NCBI GenBank assembly: GCA_032718475.1
Contig: JAUCBJ010002740.1
Location: 1-64,000, forward strand
Length of the DNA stretch: 64,000 nucleotides
Direction of reading: 5' to 3'
From: Nemertoderma westbladi
Taxonomy: Eukaryota > Animalia > Xenacoelomorpha
How positions within the stretch are numbered: the first letter of the stretch is position 1; every line of letters starts with the position of its first letter. Both the position numbers and the translations under genes were made by a program. Of the stretch, positions 52,389 through 64,000 are shown one piece after another. Under the pieces are notes generated by a model, which was not told where the DNA came from, did not search any database, and worked only from the letters and a program-made list of their open reading frames with translations.

Positions 52389-52890
52389 TATGAGTATAGA
52401 TACCGTCGGGTCTACCTCTACGTAATTCGGAAATACCTCAATCTCAACTACAATGAGGATAACTTAGATACTTCACCAATAATAGATGAGAGAATGTAAT
52501 ATCACCGAGAGGAAGGTGATATATGACGTATCTAATCAATATGCACTTAAGTGAAACTACAACAAAACCTCCGGTAAATATAACCAATATTGGTAACATC
52601 TGGCTAATCTGTCGTTAACACTTTACTCATCTTTGTCCTAATCCGAGAGCTGTAAATGGCCCCTTTTCTAGATTCATTGTCCCCCTACACCACCGATATA
52701 AGCGTCACCAATTATAATAGCACTTCTCAATGGGCTCTTAGTAGTACTAATTAACCCAGCATTTGTTTAGTACAATCCATAATTGTTTGCTCACTTCCTG
52801 TTATGTATCCAACTCCACTTTACAGCCAATATTATATCCAAGGGTATTGCTTATCTATTGCCATTATTGATTAAATATTATTCACTCACA
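52389..52890. mobile_element. Probable solo LTR inserted in the LINE
   Basis: Termini tatgagt (TG mutated to TA)...actcaca; 5-bp TSD ttgaa (52384-88, 52891-95); internal tataa and attaaa signals; the LINE RT resumes right after it. Confidence 0.7.
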
Positions 52891-53724
52891 TTGAAGGAAT
52901 CAAAGAACCTTCCTGCAGTCCTGATATTTGTGGACATCAAGAAACTGTTCGACTACTTCCATAGAAATTGTAATGCTGGAAATCCTAAGAGCTTATGGAA
53001 TACCAGAAGTAATTGTTGCTGGTATTGGATTGTTACATTGTGACACAGAAGCACATGTACTTTTCAATCCTGCCTGGAGTACTAGAAGGCGCCATTACTA
53101 TTCATAATGGTATTGGATAATAATACACATAATAATAGATTCAGGCTTTTCTAACCAAGACAAACAATCTCATTAACATAAGAGGGTAAGGACCAAGTTA
53201 AAGAGGCGTGATTACCAAACCAAAACAATAAATCATTAGTATCAATTTACTCCTGCTACTACTGTTCCCATCTTAACTATGACTTATAACTCCTTGGCAT
53301 AGACATACCAGTTCATTTCTTCATTACTGTACTAGGTCGAGCGAGATAGAACAGTGGAAATAAGGTCCTTCAAGGCTTTCCAATTCTTCATCCATAGTTG
53401 TCGCAATGACATTTCTCCCTATTCCAGACTAGGTTTTAAGTCTATATACTGTATGTTGTAGCCGGTCGTCCACGGCAACTCTTGCCATGTTTAGTTAAAA
53501 TAAGTTTAAGTATAATCAATTAAATTGACATCAATAAAATAAAAATATTATTGCACAGCACATATTGCAAGATTAAAATAAAATCTGATTATTACTGTAC
53601 ATACAATCGTACAAACAATAGTAAACTATAATGATATGATAAAATATGCCGATACGTTAGGGAGTTATAAACTTAGTTAAACTATTATATGTTAGTTACT
53701 AAGTGTTAGCATAGCAATAAAACC

Positions 53725-56600
53725 TTATTATTATTTGTATTGGAAAATTTTGTCGTGCTTTGTTTTGAAGTTAAATCAAGACAATATCCCCTTGATGTAT
53801 TTCTCGCTTGACTCTCCCTTAGCCGAAGGTGATCCATTGCTAATATTTACTAAGAGCGTTTTTTTACTGTAGTCATATAGTAACATCGATTTTAGCGAAG
53901 GGCAGGGGAAATACTTGTTACACTTTTCAAAAGTGGAAGCGAGGCCCTGTTAGATTGGCAAGGACCGTTGAAAAGAGTTGAATCGCCAATTGGGTGCGCG
54001 TTGCATTCGAATCAACAGCCCAATGGCCGCACGGAAGGATTCAATGGCCGCACGAAAGTTTAAATGGCCTCACGGAAGGATTCAATGGCCACACGGGAGG
54101 ATTCAATGGCCACACGGAAGGATTTAATGGCCACACGGAAGGATTCAATGGCCACACGAAAGGATTCAATGGCCACACGGAAGGATTCAATGGCCACACG
54201 GAAGGATTCAATGGCCACACGGAAGGATTCAATGGCCGCACGGAAGGATTCAATGGCCACACGGAAGGATTCGAAGGCCGCACGGAAGAATTCAATGGCC
54301 ACACGGAAGGATTCAATGGCCACACGGAAGGATTCAATGGCCGCACGGAAGGATTCAATGGCCACACGGAAGGATTCGAAGGCCGCACGGAAGGATTCAA
54401 TGGCCACACGGGTGGATTCAATGGCCACACGGAAGGATTTAATGGCCACACGGAAGGATTCAATGGCCACACGAAAGGATTCAATGGCCACACGGAAGGA
54501 TTCAATGGCCGCACGGAAGGATTCAATGGCCACACGGAAGGATTCGAAGGCCGCACGGAAGGATTCAATGGCCACACGGAAGGATTCAATGGCCGCACGG
54601 AAGTTTAAATGGCCTCACGGAAGGATTCAATGGCCGCAGGGAAGGATTCAATGGCCACACGGGAGGATTCAATGGCCACACGGAAGGATTTAATGGCCAC
54701 ACGGAAGGATTCAATGGCCACACGAAAGGATTCAATGGCCACACGGAAGGATTCAATGGCCACACGGAAGGATTCAATGGCCACACGGAAGGATTCAATG
54801 GCCACACGGAAGGATTCAATGGCCACACGAAAGGATTCGAAGGCCGCACGGAAGGATTCAATGGCCACACGGAAGGATTCAATGGCCACACGGAAGGATT
54901 CAATGGCCGCACGGAATGATTCAATGGCCGCACGGAAGATTCAATGGCCGCACGGAAGGATTCGAAGGCCGCACGGAAGGATTCAATGGCCACACGGAAG
55001 GATTCAATGGCCACACGGAAGGATTTAATGGCCGCACGGAAGGATTCAATGGCCGCACGGAAGGATTCAATGGCCGCACGGAAGGATTCAATGGCCGCAC
55101 GGAAGGATTAAATGGCCGCACGGAAGGATTCAATGGCCGCACGGAAGGATTCAATGGCCGCACGGAAGGATTCAATGTCTATATCGTTTGTCTTAAATAA
55201 TTTTAAAATTAGAGTTGCTTACATAGCTAAGCTACCGACATGGAGGAGGCTGCGTAGTTTCTTCTGATAGTGTACATTTACAGCTTCCCTTGCCTCCTCT
55301 GTTACAGCTCCCATCTGGAATATTAGGTTATAGAGTAGTACTGGTTTGGCGTACGAGTTCCATAAGGTTGCAACGTCGTCAACTCTAACATGCTTTGCGT
55401 CCACCCGGTTCGTTTGAAAGTTTTACTCACCACAGTAATTGGTTTGATACACTCGTTATATATCTTTGTTTTTGTAGCTTTAATTTTAAAATCTAGGAGA
55501 TTTAAAGGCGTTGAAACGGCAACTAAGTTGCCATTGATAGTTCGAATTATTGGAGTAATGTAATGAGGTTTTCAATTGAGTAGCCATCCATTTGGTTTTC
55601 TGCTGCTCGATTCGTACGTAATAATCCAATGGATTTGAGATTGGTTTGAATTTAGTCAGTCATAGTTAGTTTCTATGTCATTCGGGTTTGTTTGTAAGAA
55701 TATCATCAGCATAGATTGTAAGGGCCTATCCAGATCCCATTACTGAAACAGCCAATACCCCTGTTCTTCAGGCTAGCAGTAGTGCTGTCAGCGGTATAGA
55801 AGTTGAAAGGGTATGTGAGTATGTGAGATTAGCGATCCCCCTTTGACCACGTTTGACCAGAAAACCTTATTTGTCAATGCTGTTACAGAAATTCGACCAA
55901 TCGCGTAGTATTCAAGTAGTGAGCTGCAGACGTGTGGATCTATAGCAGTCGTTTGCTTCTTAAACAGATGCGAACGGCCCACATTGTCGAAAGCATCTTG
56001 GATGTCCATACTCCATCTGAAACATGTACACTTGCTTCCCAGGTTGACGTTGGTTCTCAATTGCCTCCAGTATAGTACCAACTACGATATCCGCACCGAT
56101 ATTATTTTTATATGCTACTTGGTGTTCATTTTGCAAGAGATCTGCTAATAGTGTTTTCTCACTAGGGACTCAAACACTTATCGAAAGACGCATTGCCCAT
56201 TATGACTTCCCGTTATTTATGTTTTTCCCTTTTCCTTTGTGTATAGTTGTGGCATCTGTGCTACCAAATTGAGTTGGCAGTCGGCCAATATTTAAAGCGC
56301 ATTCTAGAATTTTCCTTATATGCTCGCTGTCTCTCTACGTTAGTATGAGTGAAAGGTTAGGGCTTCACGGTCAGGTGCCTTTCCTTGAGAAAGGATCCAT
56401 GTAACTGGTATTACTGGTGTGTGTGAATTTATGCATCTTTTATTTACTTGATCTGTAATATTGCCGTTATCTTTAGTCTCGGTGTGCAATTTTCCTGGGG
56501 TTCCCAATATCTGTCCTGTAGTTGCGTATTGACCCCTGTACAGTGTACACTGGTCGAGGTTGGTGGTGGATCTCATCGTTTGGTTGAGAAGAAATGCCAG
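53725..56600 (-). mobile_element. Highly decayed CR1/L2-like LINE (RT region and 3' end)
   Basis: Minus strand reads MDIQDAFDNV, VVKGGSLIS and tatgctgatgatatt (YADDI, ~55700), with a (taa)n tail near 53730. Confidence 0.6.
54020..55176. repeat. 21-bp minisatellite, ~55 copies (ggattcaatggcc(a/g)cacggaa)
   Basis: Direct reading; ~545-bp higher-order duplication (54057/54602). Confidence 0.97.
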
Positions 56601-56794
56601 AATTGTTAGGGGTCTTTAATTTTCTTGTTAGAATAATGTCCGATTTTGTCCTGTAATCTGTTGTTTGTTAAGAAATTAGGTTACGTAGGTCCCGGTTGTC
56701 CTTTTGGATTCCCGAAAAGCGGCATGCAGTTTAATTCCATAGTCCGTCTCTTTGTTCGTTAAGTGTGACCAAGCATTGTAGAGCCTTTTGGTTG

Positions 56795-57250
56795 TTTGTG
56801 GGGCGAGCCACGAAGTGAGTGAGCCTTAGCGTAGTGGTACCATTAATCAACCTGTCGTTCTGTCGTTCTGTCGTTCTGTCGTGTTCAATTTTAAACGTTA
56901 ATAACTCGGCCAATCTTTGATGAAATCTATCCAAACTTGGTACACATGTTGTTTGGCAAAAGTTTAGAAATTTTCCAAGTAGAATTTCCGTGTGGCCTTC
57001 GAGAAGCTAAGATAATAGCAGTTAATTAGTTAATTAAGTTGATTGCGGTGAAAACGCCATTTTCAACCTGCCTTTTAAAGGAAATTAATTGTTTTACAGT
57101 ATAAGATTTAAATAATTATACTTAAAAATTATACAGATATAATCCCCATACGCCATTCTATTATAGTTTTTAATTAGTTTAAGTGATTTGCTTTAATAAA
57201 TGTGTCTTTAATTGATCTAAACGTAATTAAACCGCACAATTATTGAGTAC
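56795..57250 (+). mobile_element. Helentron/DINE-1-like non-autonomous repeat; related head at ~18522
   Basis: Shared gtggggcgagccacgaagt..gagccttagcg, a (ctgtcgtt)n microsatellite and atccaaacttggtacaca. Confidence 0.5.
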
Positions 57251-59098
57251 AAATTTAATCCTTCCCATTATTGGTCAAGTCTCTGCTGGTGTGGAGCTAG
57301 CTGCTGGGAGTTGTGGCTGTAGACTAACCTGAGAGGAATTGTAATAGAGGCAACCAGTATTGCTATTCCAGCCCAATCACTGAATTGTGTTTATTATAGG
57401 CTGGACGGGCCGCATAACCGTTCGACTATTACTACTATTGCTATCTCAGTTAAATGACAGATATAATAACATAAATACAATCCATGACATGGCTGTTGTA
57501 GGCTTCTGAAATAGTTTATTCCACAATGTATATGTCTGGTTATTTTTTAATTGAATTTTTGCAAAGTAGTAAAATTAATGTTCTTAAAAATAATATTATT
57601 ATTTTATATGTAACCTAGGAAATTAGCTACATTTTTTCGCTGCAGCTTTAAGAGTGTACATTGATTTAATATTATTTCAATACCCATATTACTACATCGG
57701 CATAAGATGCGTTGGCGTTGTATCACACATCTCCACATATCACACATCTCCACATAGATGTATCAACAGTTACTCGCACAGTTTCGAAACTTCGCATAGT
57801 TATAACTGTATAAAGATCGTCAGTCTGCGTTTAGGAAAAATATTTTATGACAAAACAGGACAAGCGACGAGCGCAACGAGGCATATAATGAAGACGAGTA
57901 CTGCGTTGACTAAATTATTATATAAACCACCTGGCTTCACATATTGATCGCATCCCTAGTTATTATTATTATAAAGATCGTCCTAGCTTGCGTTTAAGAA
58001 ATATATTTAAATACAAAACAGTACGAACGCAAAGAGGCTTATAATGAAAACGAGTACTGCGTTTATTATATTCCTATAAACCACCTGGCTTTGCATATTT
58101 AACGTGCGATTGGAAATAAGTTCGTGCTACCCTTCCGTGGGTGGTAGATGTCGCGGTTATGTATTGGTGGTTGGGAAGGGTGGGGGGGGGGGGGGAGATT
58201 AAAAGGGGTGAACACGTATTGTCCACCTTTCTTTGATTGATTGGTGGTGTGGGTAAATTTCTCAAAACCTGATTTTGTGATACAGTCGCTGCATTTTAAT
58301 TTGTATATAATAACTAGGCCTCGTGCTGCGCGAAGTCCCCACGAACGTGTATTCCTGCGGACTATAATTTACTTAATACATTTTGATGCAGCTACTTGCA
58401 GAATATTGGTCAAAGCTAGCATATAATTTTCCATTGCGTCAAAGATCCATGAGGATGGGGATGGTGGAAATTCCTGTTCAAGAATGTTGAGTTGTGTTGA
58501 TGGTGTGATGTGTTGAGTCATGTGTTGATTGCCAGAAAAGTTGATGACCTAGCCTTTACTTCTTCAGCAGCGCCAACTGAGTCACAGTCTGCGCTCTCGG
58601 GCCAATTACTGGGATAGAGAGTCGTTAGCGATCAAGTACAGTAATGCAGCATTACCTATCCTATACCTGGTAGGCAGTAGTGGACAGATCGAATTATCGA
58701 TATGTATGTTTAAAATGACTAGCATTTCCGAATGACCTGTCAATAAAGAGTCAATAGTTCAATTCACTGAACAACACATACCAGGACATCTAAACGTAAA
58801 AAAACAAAAAAAAATAACAAAATAAAATTTGATGGGACACGAAAAGGTTTTCTGCATTCTCATAGTCACTTATCTTTCTTATTGGCAATGTTGTTTTATT
58901 GATTGCACGAAATAACTGACTGTATGTGTATGAGACTTCAATGTCCTTAAATTTGTATCTTTAGTGGACTGATAGTTGTCATGATGGCACTGATAGTTGT
59001 CATGATGGCACTGATAGTTGTCATGATGGCGTTTCTAGTATTCCACTATTCCATCATCTTTTATACTACTGTATATATATTTTTTGTTATTCTTAAAG

Positions 59099-59497
59099 AG
59101 GAAGTTACTATTCCAGCGACATTCGTAAGCGAGAAAGTTGGACCCAGTGGACCTGAAGCCAAATGCGGATACGATATCAACGTGAGTTACGAGCAGGGCG
59201 AGGATGAAGTGCGTGCTATCATAGACAGGTCGATCAGCTGCATCCAAACCATAACTATATCATCCAAAGGCATTTACAGCCCCGATCTGTGTTTTGCCGA
59301 TCGTGATGGCAACAAGCATCCATTCGATGTCTGGACCAATACAAAGTGCAGTCAGAGCACTACTGAATGTCTCGAGACCATTGTTGTTGAAGACAAGAAC
59401 TTACTGCCCGTCACGAAATTGCAGGTTGGGGATACCGGTTCGTCCAGTGAGGTGATATACAGCGAGACTGTCAGTGACATAGTCTGCAAAAAGGCAG
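59099..59497 (+). CDS. Coding exon 5: module 3
   Basis: ttcttaaag| EEVTIPATFVSEKVGPSGPEAKC...DIVCKKA |gttag; 399 nt, phase 1-1. Confidence 0.88.
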
Positions 59498-60951
59498 GTT
59501 AGTTTGTTTGTTGTCAGATGCACACCACAGTTAGATGCGCAAATGGACCGCAAATAAAAACGTGATCCCCAACTCATATAAAATAAAGTTTTGTTCATTG
59601 TTTTGGTTAGAAAACACTAACACTGCAATCTGCTCATTAATGTTTTAAATTAAATTAAATTAAATTAAGGTTTTAAACCCTCTAATCACATTTGGTGTTT
59701 GTGGTAATTTTGCGCCATTAACTCCAGTTGCACTATTAATTGATTGCAATCCTTATTTATGTGCAGGTTTGTTAAAGTGTTCATTAACAATTTATTCGTT
59801 TTTGACGCCCCTTGGCGACCAGAGCCAACATTTTATTTTTGACTTAAAATGCTATTCCTTCTTATGCTTTATTTTCAGAAGTACTGATAGTAACCTGTTT
59901 TTTGGAATCAACAATTGTCGATTACGTGATAAAATTCGAGAAAATTTTTTTCGTTACCTTTTAAGGAAAATACCGCGAATTATCAAAATATATTTCAAAT
60001 TGTCAAAAAAACGGCTGCATTTCACGTAAAACAAGTTATAACAGATTAATAATGGCAATACTAAAAACACAGCTCGAATTTATTATTGCGCGCACGACTA
60101 GCTTATTTGATACAAAAAAGTAAAAATTTGTTTAAACATTTAAAATTGCACAGGAGTAGTAATTATAAAATGAAAAAATGCTATTCCGAGATAATTTCCT
60201 TTAAATTTTGAACCTTCCCACGCAAAAACTGTCTGTTAATATGTAAGAATGTCTGTCAATATATGTATATCTAGCTACAAGAAAGCACCAAACAATGCTG
60301 AGATTTTTGCTATGGTGGTTTTCCTGGTCGCTGATTTCATTTCTGAGGTCAGTTTTCTCTTTTAATGACTTTAGTTTTCTGTATGTCTGTTTGTCGGTCA
60401 GTTTGACTGTCCGAAGGTCTGTCTTTCAAAATGTAAGAAAATGGCACACCACCATTTAGCCATAAGTTCAGCTACAGGGGTTGTCCTGGTCGCAAAATTC
60501 ATTTCTGATTTCAGTTTTTACATTTGATGGCTTTCAAACTATCTGTCTTTGACAGTAAATGACTTTTACGTAAACTGAATTACTTTATCTGGGCTCCAGT
60601 TGCTACTGTACCATCCTGGAATCTGGTGTCCTAATATGAGAGGCTCGTGTTACTCATCATTAACCAATGCAACAATTGATAATTTCGAGAACTCCCCCTT
60701 AAATCTTACATTTTGTAAACTCCTCATCCAGTAAGCCTCCAGTCCCGCCTAAAGAGTCTGGGGTTGAGAAATTCAGTGCAAAATCTCCTGGTCGAAATGT
60801 GCGGGGCGAAATGTCATACGGGGCGAAAAGGTCCGGAGACCAAATAGTGTAGTAAGAAAGGTCAGCGACAAAAATTGGGAACGAAAAGTCCGCAATGACC
60901 AGAGATAGTAGAGGTCTGAGTTGTTAATTATCCCGTCATTGTTTCATACAG

Positions 60952-61349
60952 GAAGGTTGACAATTCCCGCAACACTCGTAAGCGAGAAGGTTGGACCAAA
61001 TGGTCCTGAAGCCAAGTGCGGATACGATATCAACGTGAGTTATGAGAAGAGCGATGCGGAACTGCGCGCTCTGATAGACGCAGCCTACAGCTGCCACCAA
61101 GTCGTTACCACCTCAACCCAATACATCTACAGCCCCGATCTGTGTTTTGTTGATCGTGATGGCAACAAGCATCCATTCGATGTCTGGACCAATACAAAGT
61201 GCAGTCAGAGCACTACTGAATGTCTCGAGTTCATAGTAGTTGACGATAAGAAGTTACTTCCCATCACGAAATTGGCGGTTGGGGATACCGGTTCGTCCAA
61301 TGAGGTGATCTACAGTGAGAGTGTCAGTGAGATAGTCTGCGACGTCTAA
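60952..61349 (+). CDS. Coding exon 6 (terminal): module 4 and stop
   Basis: tttcatacag| GRLTIPATLVSEKVGPNGPEAKC...EIVCDV taa; aataaa at ~61673. Confidence 0.88.
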
Positions 61350-63269
61350 TTCTATTTATTCTGTTGGTCATGAGCTCATGGTGATAGATAACTTGGTGAC
61401 CGGTTTTTTTTGTTTCTTTGTGCAGATCAGCTACATATACCTGCTACATATAATTTTGGTTGTCAAAATGCTTCACCAAAGAACTTTAGTGTTCAAAGCG
61501 GTTCATTAAATATATAGAAAATTTGGTGTTCAAAATGCTCAATTATTGTACTTGTTTTTGCCTGTAATGGAATAGTGGTGCTTTTCTGCTACAGTAGACA
61601 ACGCATTCTTTGCTGGGTGTTGGTGTGTAGCAATTAGTAAATTAATATATATATAATTATTATATAATAATCAATAAATAATTTTATTATATATTATGTG
61701 GTTGTTATCAAATAAGAGGCCAACCCGCTACTGTTGGGTTAAATAGATACAGGTATACGGGGTATACGGGGATACGGGTAAATAGATACACAGCTAGAGT
61801 TGCGGCACTATAAGTCCATAGTGGAGCCTTATTTTACCCCGGTTTTGTTAAAGCCACAAAACTCCATTACTCTTGTAAGGAACTCGTAGGGGTATCCCCG
61901 TGTCGCGCAAAGGTCCTGGTAGTCTACTTTTGTTCTGTGGAATGTCCAGGGGGTACGTGAGAGTCTATAGAAGCGGAGAAGTTGGTCTCGTACGACTAGG
62001 AAAAATAGCATAATTTAGGATAAATAACTCCCCGGGGACCCTCTCACTCCAGGACAAGCTCTACAGCGTCCAGTTATATATGTATAGGTATTAATTAGGA
62101 TTGAAACAAAGAACTCTAATCATTTGCCTGCTTACTTTTATTCCGAATATTATTGGCAGGAGTTGATGAATTTGGCTGTCATATAATACCGTAACCCTTT
62201 AACCTTACCCGGTCTATATTCCCATACATTATACATTAATAACAAACCTAAACCATATAGATATAATAACAAACCATTATTATAGAAATATTTTGGCAAT
62301 AAGAGTAAGCAGAGATTTATGATTTCACATTGTCTTAGGGACAGTTTGGGGCCTCTGGTTGTGACCAGTCAACCCATTATTCCTGTTGTTTTCTCACGAG
62401 GTTTAATACCGTAATAATGTAGAGCCTTTTGGTCAACTTGTCTTCCAAGAACTCGTTGGCCAAGTTATAAAACAACACCAATTTATTATTAGAACACCCA
62501 TCAATTAATAGTTCCCCATTGAATATTACAAACAACTGCGGGGTAACTCTTTATACAGTATAATTGTCCTTTAAATTATGATAACCTATTATATTGAAAG
62601 TGATGTTTATTAAATTATACTGTACTATATACATTTTAAAGATGGAGGAGAGCTTTATAGCTGTTTTACTTTTAATTCCTACTTTGTGGAATATTTTAGA
62701 AATACACAACACTGCTGATTGTTCAACATTGGGAGTTAGTGTGGCTCCTTCTCGCCTTACAGTTAACCGCAGTCGAGAGAGGAGCCTCCGGATTGGCCAG
62801 ACCATGGTGTTTCATGTTTACCGATAACTTTACATACTTTACTATTCTAGAAAGCCTTGAGGAAATGTAAAATGGTTAATTCAATAGATAGCTGTAAAAT
62901 AGCACTTTATAACATTTTTATAATAACGAATAATAATTATATGCTGCCATATTTAACATTATGGCTAGAGATAAATAAGTATTTCAATAAAATAATGTTA
63001 ATTTTAAAATGTAGACTATAGCGCAGAGTGTTGCAATATTGTAACAGTAATTATAAGGATAGGCAAAGGCGATACTTTATAGTCATGCAATTTAGGCCGA
63101 CATCGTAATCATTTTCTAGAATATTTCAATCTTCTATGTAGCTAAACGGTATATTTTCGCTATTATAGGATATTTATATATTTTTTGGTAAACACTGAAA
63201 TATTGTAACTTTATTTGGGTACCAAACACACAACATTAATTCATCAAACTTCACGAGTATTCAGTCCCC

Positions 63270-63896
63270 ATGGAAGTATGTAAGAAATATCTTCATGGAA
63301 AACAAAAAAGTCAGACATCTGGACAAAAACATCGGGTAGCTGGAGAGACAAAATCATCGGAAATAGGAAGAACTGACATCGATAAATTTAATCGATACTG
63401 TAAGAGATTCAATGCTGACAAACCCCCATGGGTGGTTGGGAGGCGTGCGAAAGTAATGCACTGCGAAAACTCGAGTAAAAATGATGCCACGATGAAATGT
63501 TATGAAATAACTGACAGCTGTTTATATACTGATTCTAGAATTCGTAATCCTTCTGGGCTAAGCGTAGAAGGGCATGGATGTAAGACAGAAGACTTGTACA
63601 AACACAACCTCCGAACTCGTCTCTGCAATAGTATCTCTCCGCTCCATCTGCTTCCATCTAAACCCAATCAGCATAACTTTCTGTCCGCCTCTCGACATGA
63701 ACATTCGCACTCTTGTAAACCACTCACCAGCTACCGTAGTAACGGCGGTTTCGCGACCTGTGCTACCCGAAGACTCCCCAGTGCCACGTTGCTATACAGT
63801 TGTCCGACAGACAGTCCGGGCTCGTTTACGCGGGATAGCCCAATTACTCCAGACAGAGGCAGTGATGAGTCGGGGTTCTATTCAGATCATTATTAA
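63270..63896 (+). CDS. Possible coding exon/ORF (208 aa, Ser/Thr/basic-rich, unknown product)
   Basis: Long non-repetitive ORF, GC-richer than its flanks, ending SDESGFYSDHY*; possible acceptor ttcag at 63260-64; no recognisable domain. Confidence 0.35.
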   Translation: MEVCKKYLHGKQKSQTSGQKHRVAGETKSSEIGRTDIDKFNRYCKRFNADKPPWVVGRRAKVMHCENSSKNDATMKCYEITDSCLYTDSRIRNPSGLSVEGHGCKTEDLYKHNLRTRLCNSISPLHLLPSKPNQHNFLSASRHEHSHSCKPLTSYRSNGGFATCATRRLPSATLLYSCPTDSPGSFTRDSPITPDRGSDESGFYSDHY

Positions 63897-64000
63897 TTAT
63901 TAACAGATATATTTTATATTAAATTATTAAATTTTATCAAAGTGTAATGTGTGTATAAATTGGGAAGTTACCCTACGACGTCCCTCGTGTAAAATGTCAC

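Larger units (their letters stand above)
51590..53120 (+). mobile_element. Decayed RTE-like LINE fragment with two nested insertions
   Basis: WQTVNEVSGRK, NYRGICL, IRPHIEKLLRQS|QNGFRPNRS..QILAL, KNLPAVLIFVDIKKLFD..HR and MLEILRAYGIP. Confidence 0.8.

Noticed and set aside
53994-55200. GHTEGFN / MATRKDS repeat ORFs (neuropeptide- or antifreeze-like)
   Set aside because: The 21-bp minisatellite is open in several frames on both strands, has frameshifts and no signal peptide, and sits inside a LINE relic.
57820-58100. ~150-bp diverged tandem duplication (similar small one at 48055-48310)
   Set aside because: Ordinary local intronic duplication with no sign of function.
58981-59098. Hydrophobic N-terminus (MMALIVV x3) as a signal peptide of a stand-alone gene
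   Set aside because: It comes from a 21-bp triple repeat plus the polypyrimidine tract upstream of the acceptor at 59098, so it is intronic.

Overview
AT-rich eukaryotic (invertebrate metazoan-like) genomic DNA with spliceosomal introns, many poly-G/C tracts, and about 24-25 kb (~38%) of tandem repeats from at least seven unrelated unit families (35, ~30, 41, 63, 40, 25 and 21 bp). There are two apparently intronless minus-strand ORFs: a Pro/Gly/Gln/Tyr-rich protein with an FGF-like beta-trefoil, and a single-PDZ NHERF/EBP50-like scaffold. The main find is a six-coding-exon plus-strand gene (35032..61349) that the ORF track does not assemble. It encodes a predicted 594-aa secreted protein: signal peptide + ShKT domain + four near-identical ~132-aa modules resembling the Caspr/Neurexin-IV fibrinogen/COLFI-like domain, each module on its own exon, with satellite-filled introns. 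Mobile DNA includes a decayed CRE-clade non-LTR element, two adjacent hAT MITEs with 8-bp TSDs, RTE-like LINE relics carrying nested insertions (tRNA-SINE with a 14-bp TSD, P-like MITE, solo LTR) and a CR1/L2-like relic. A 63-bp satellite is a near-exact copy of a segment of the SINE. No CRISPR array, rRNA or intact tRNA is supported. Family assignments come from remembered motifs; no database search was run.
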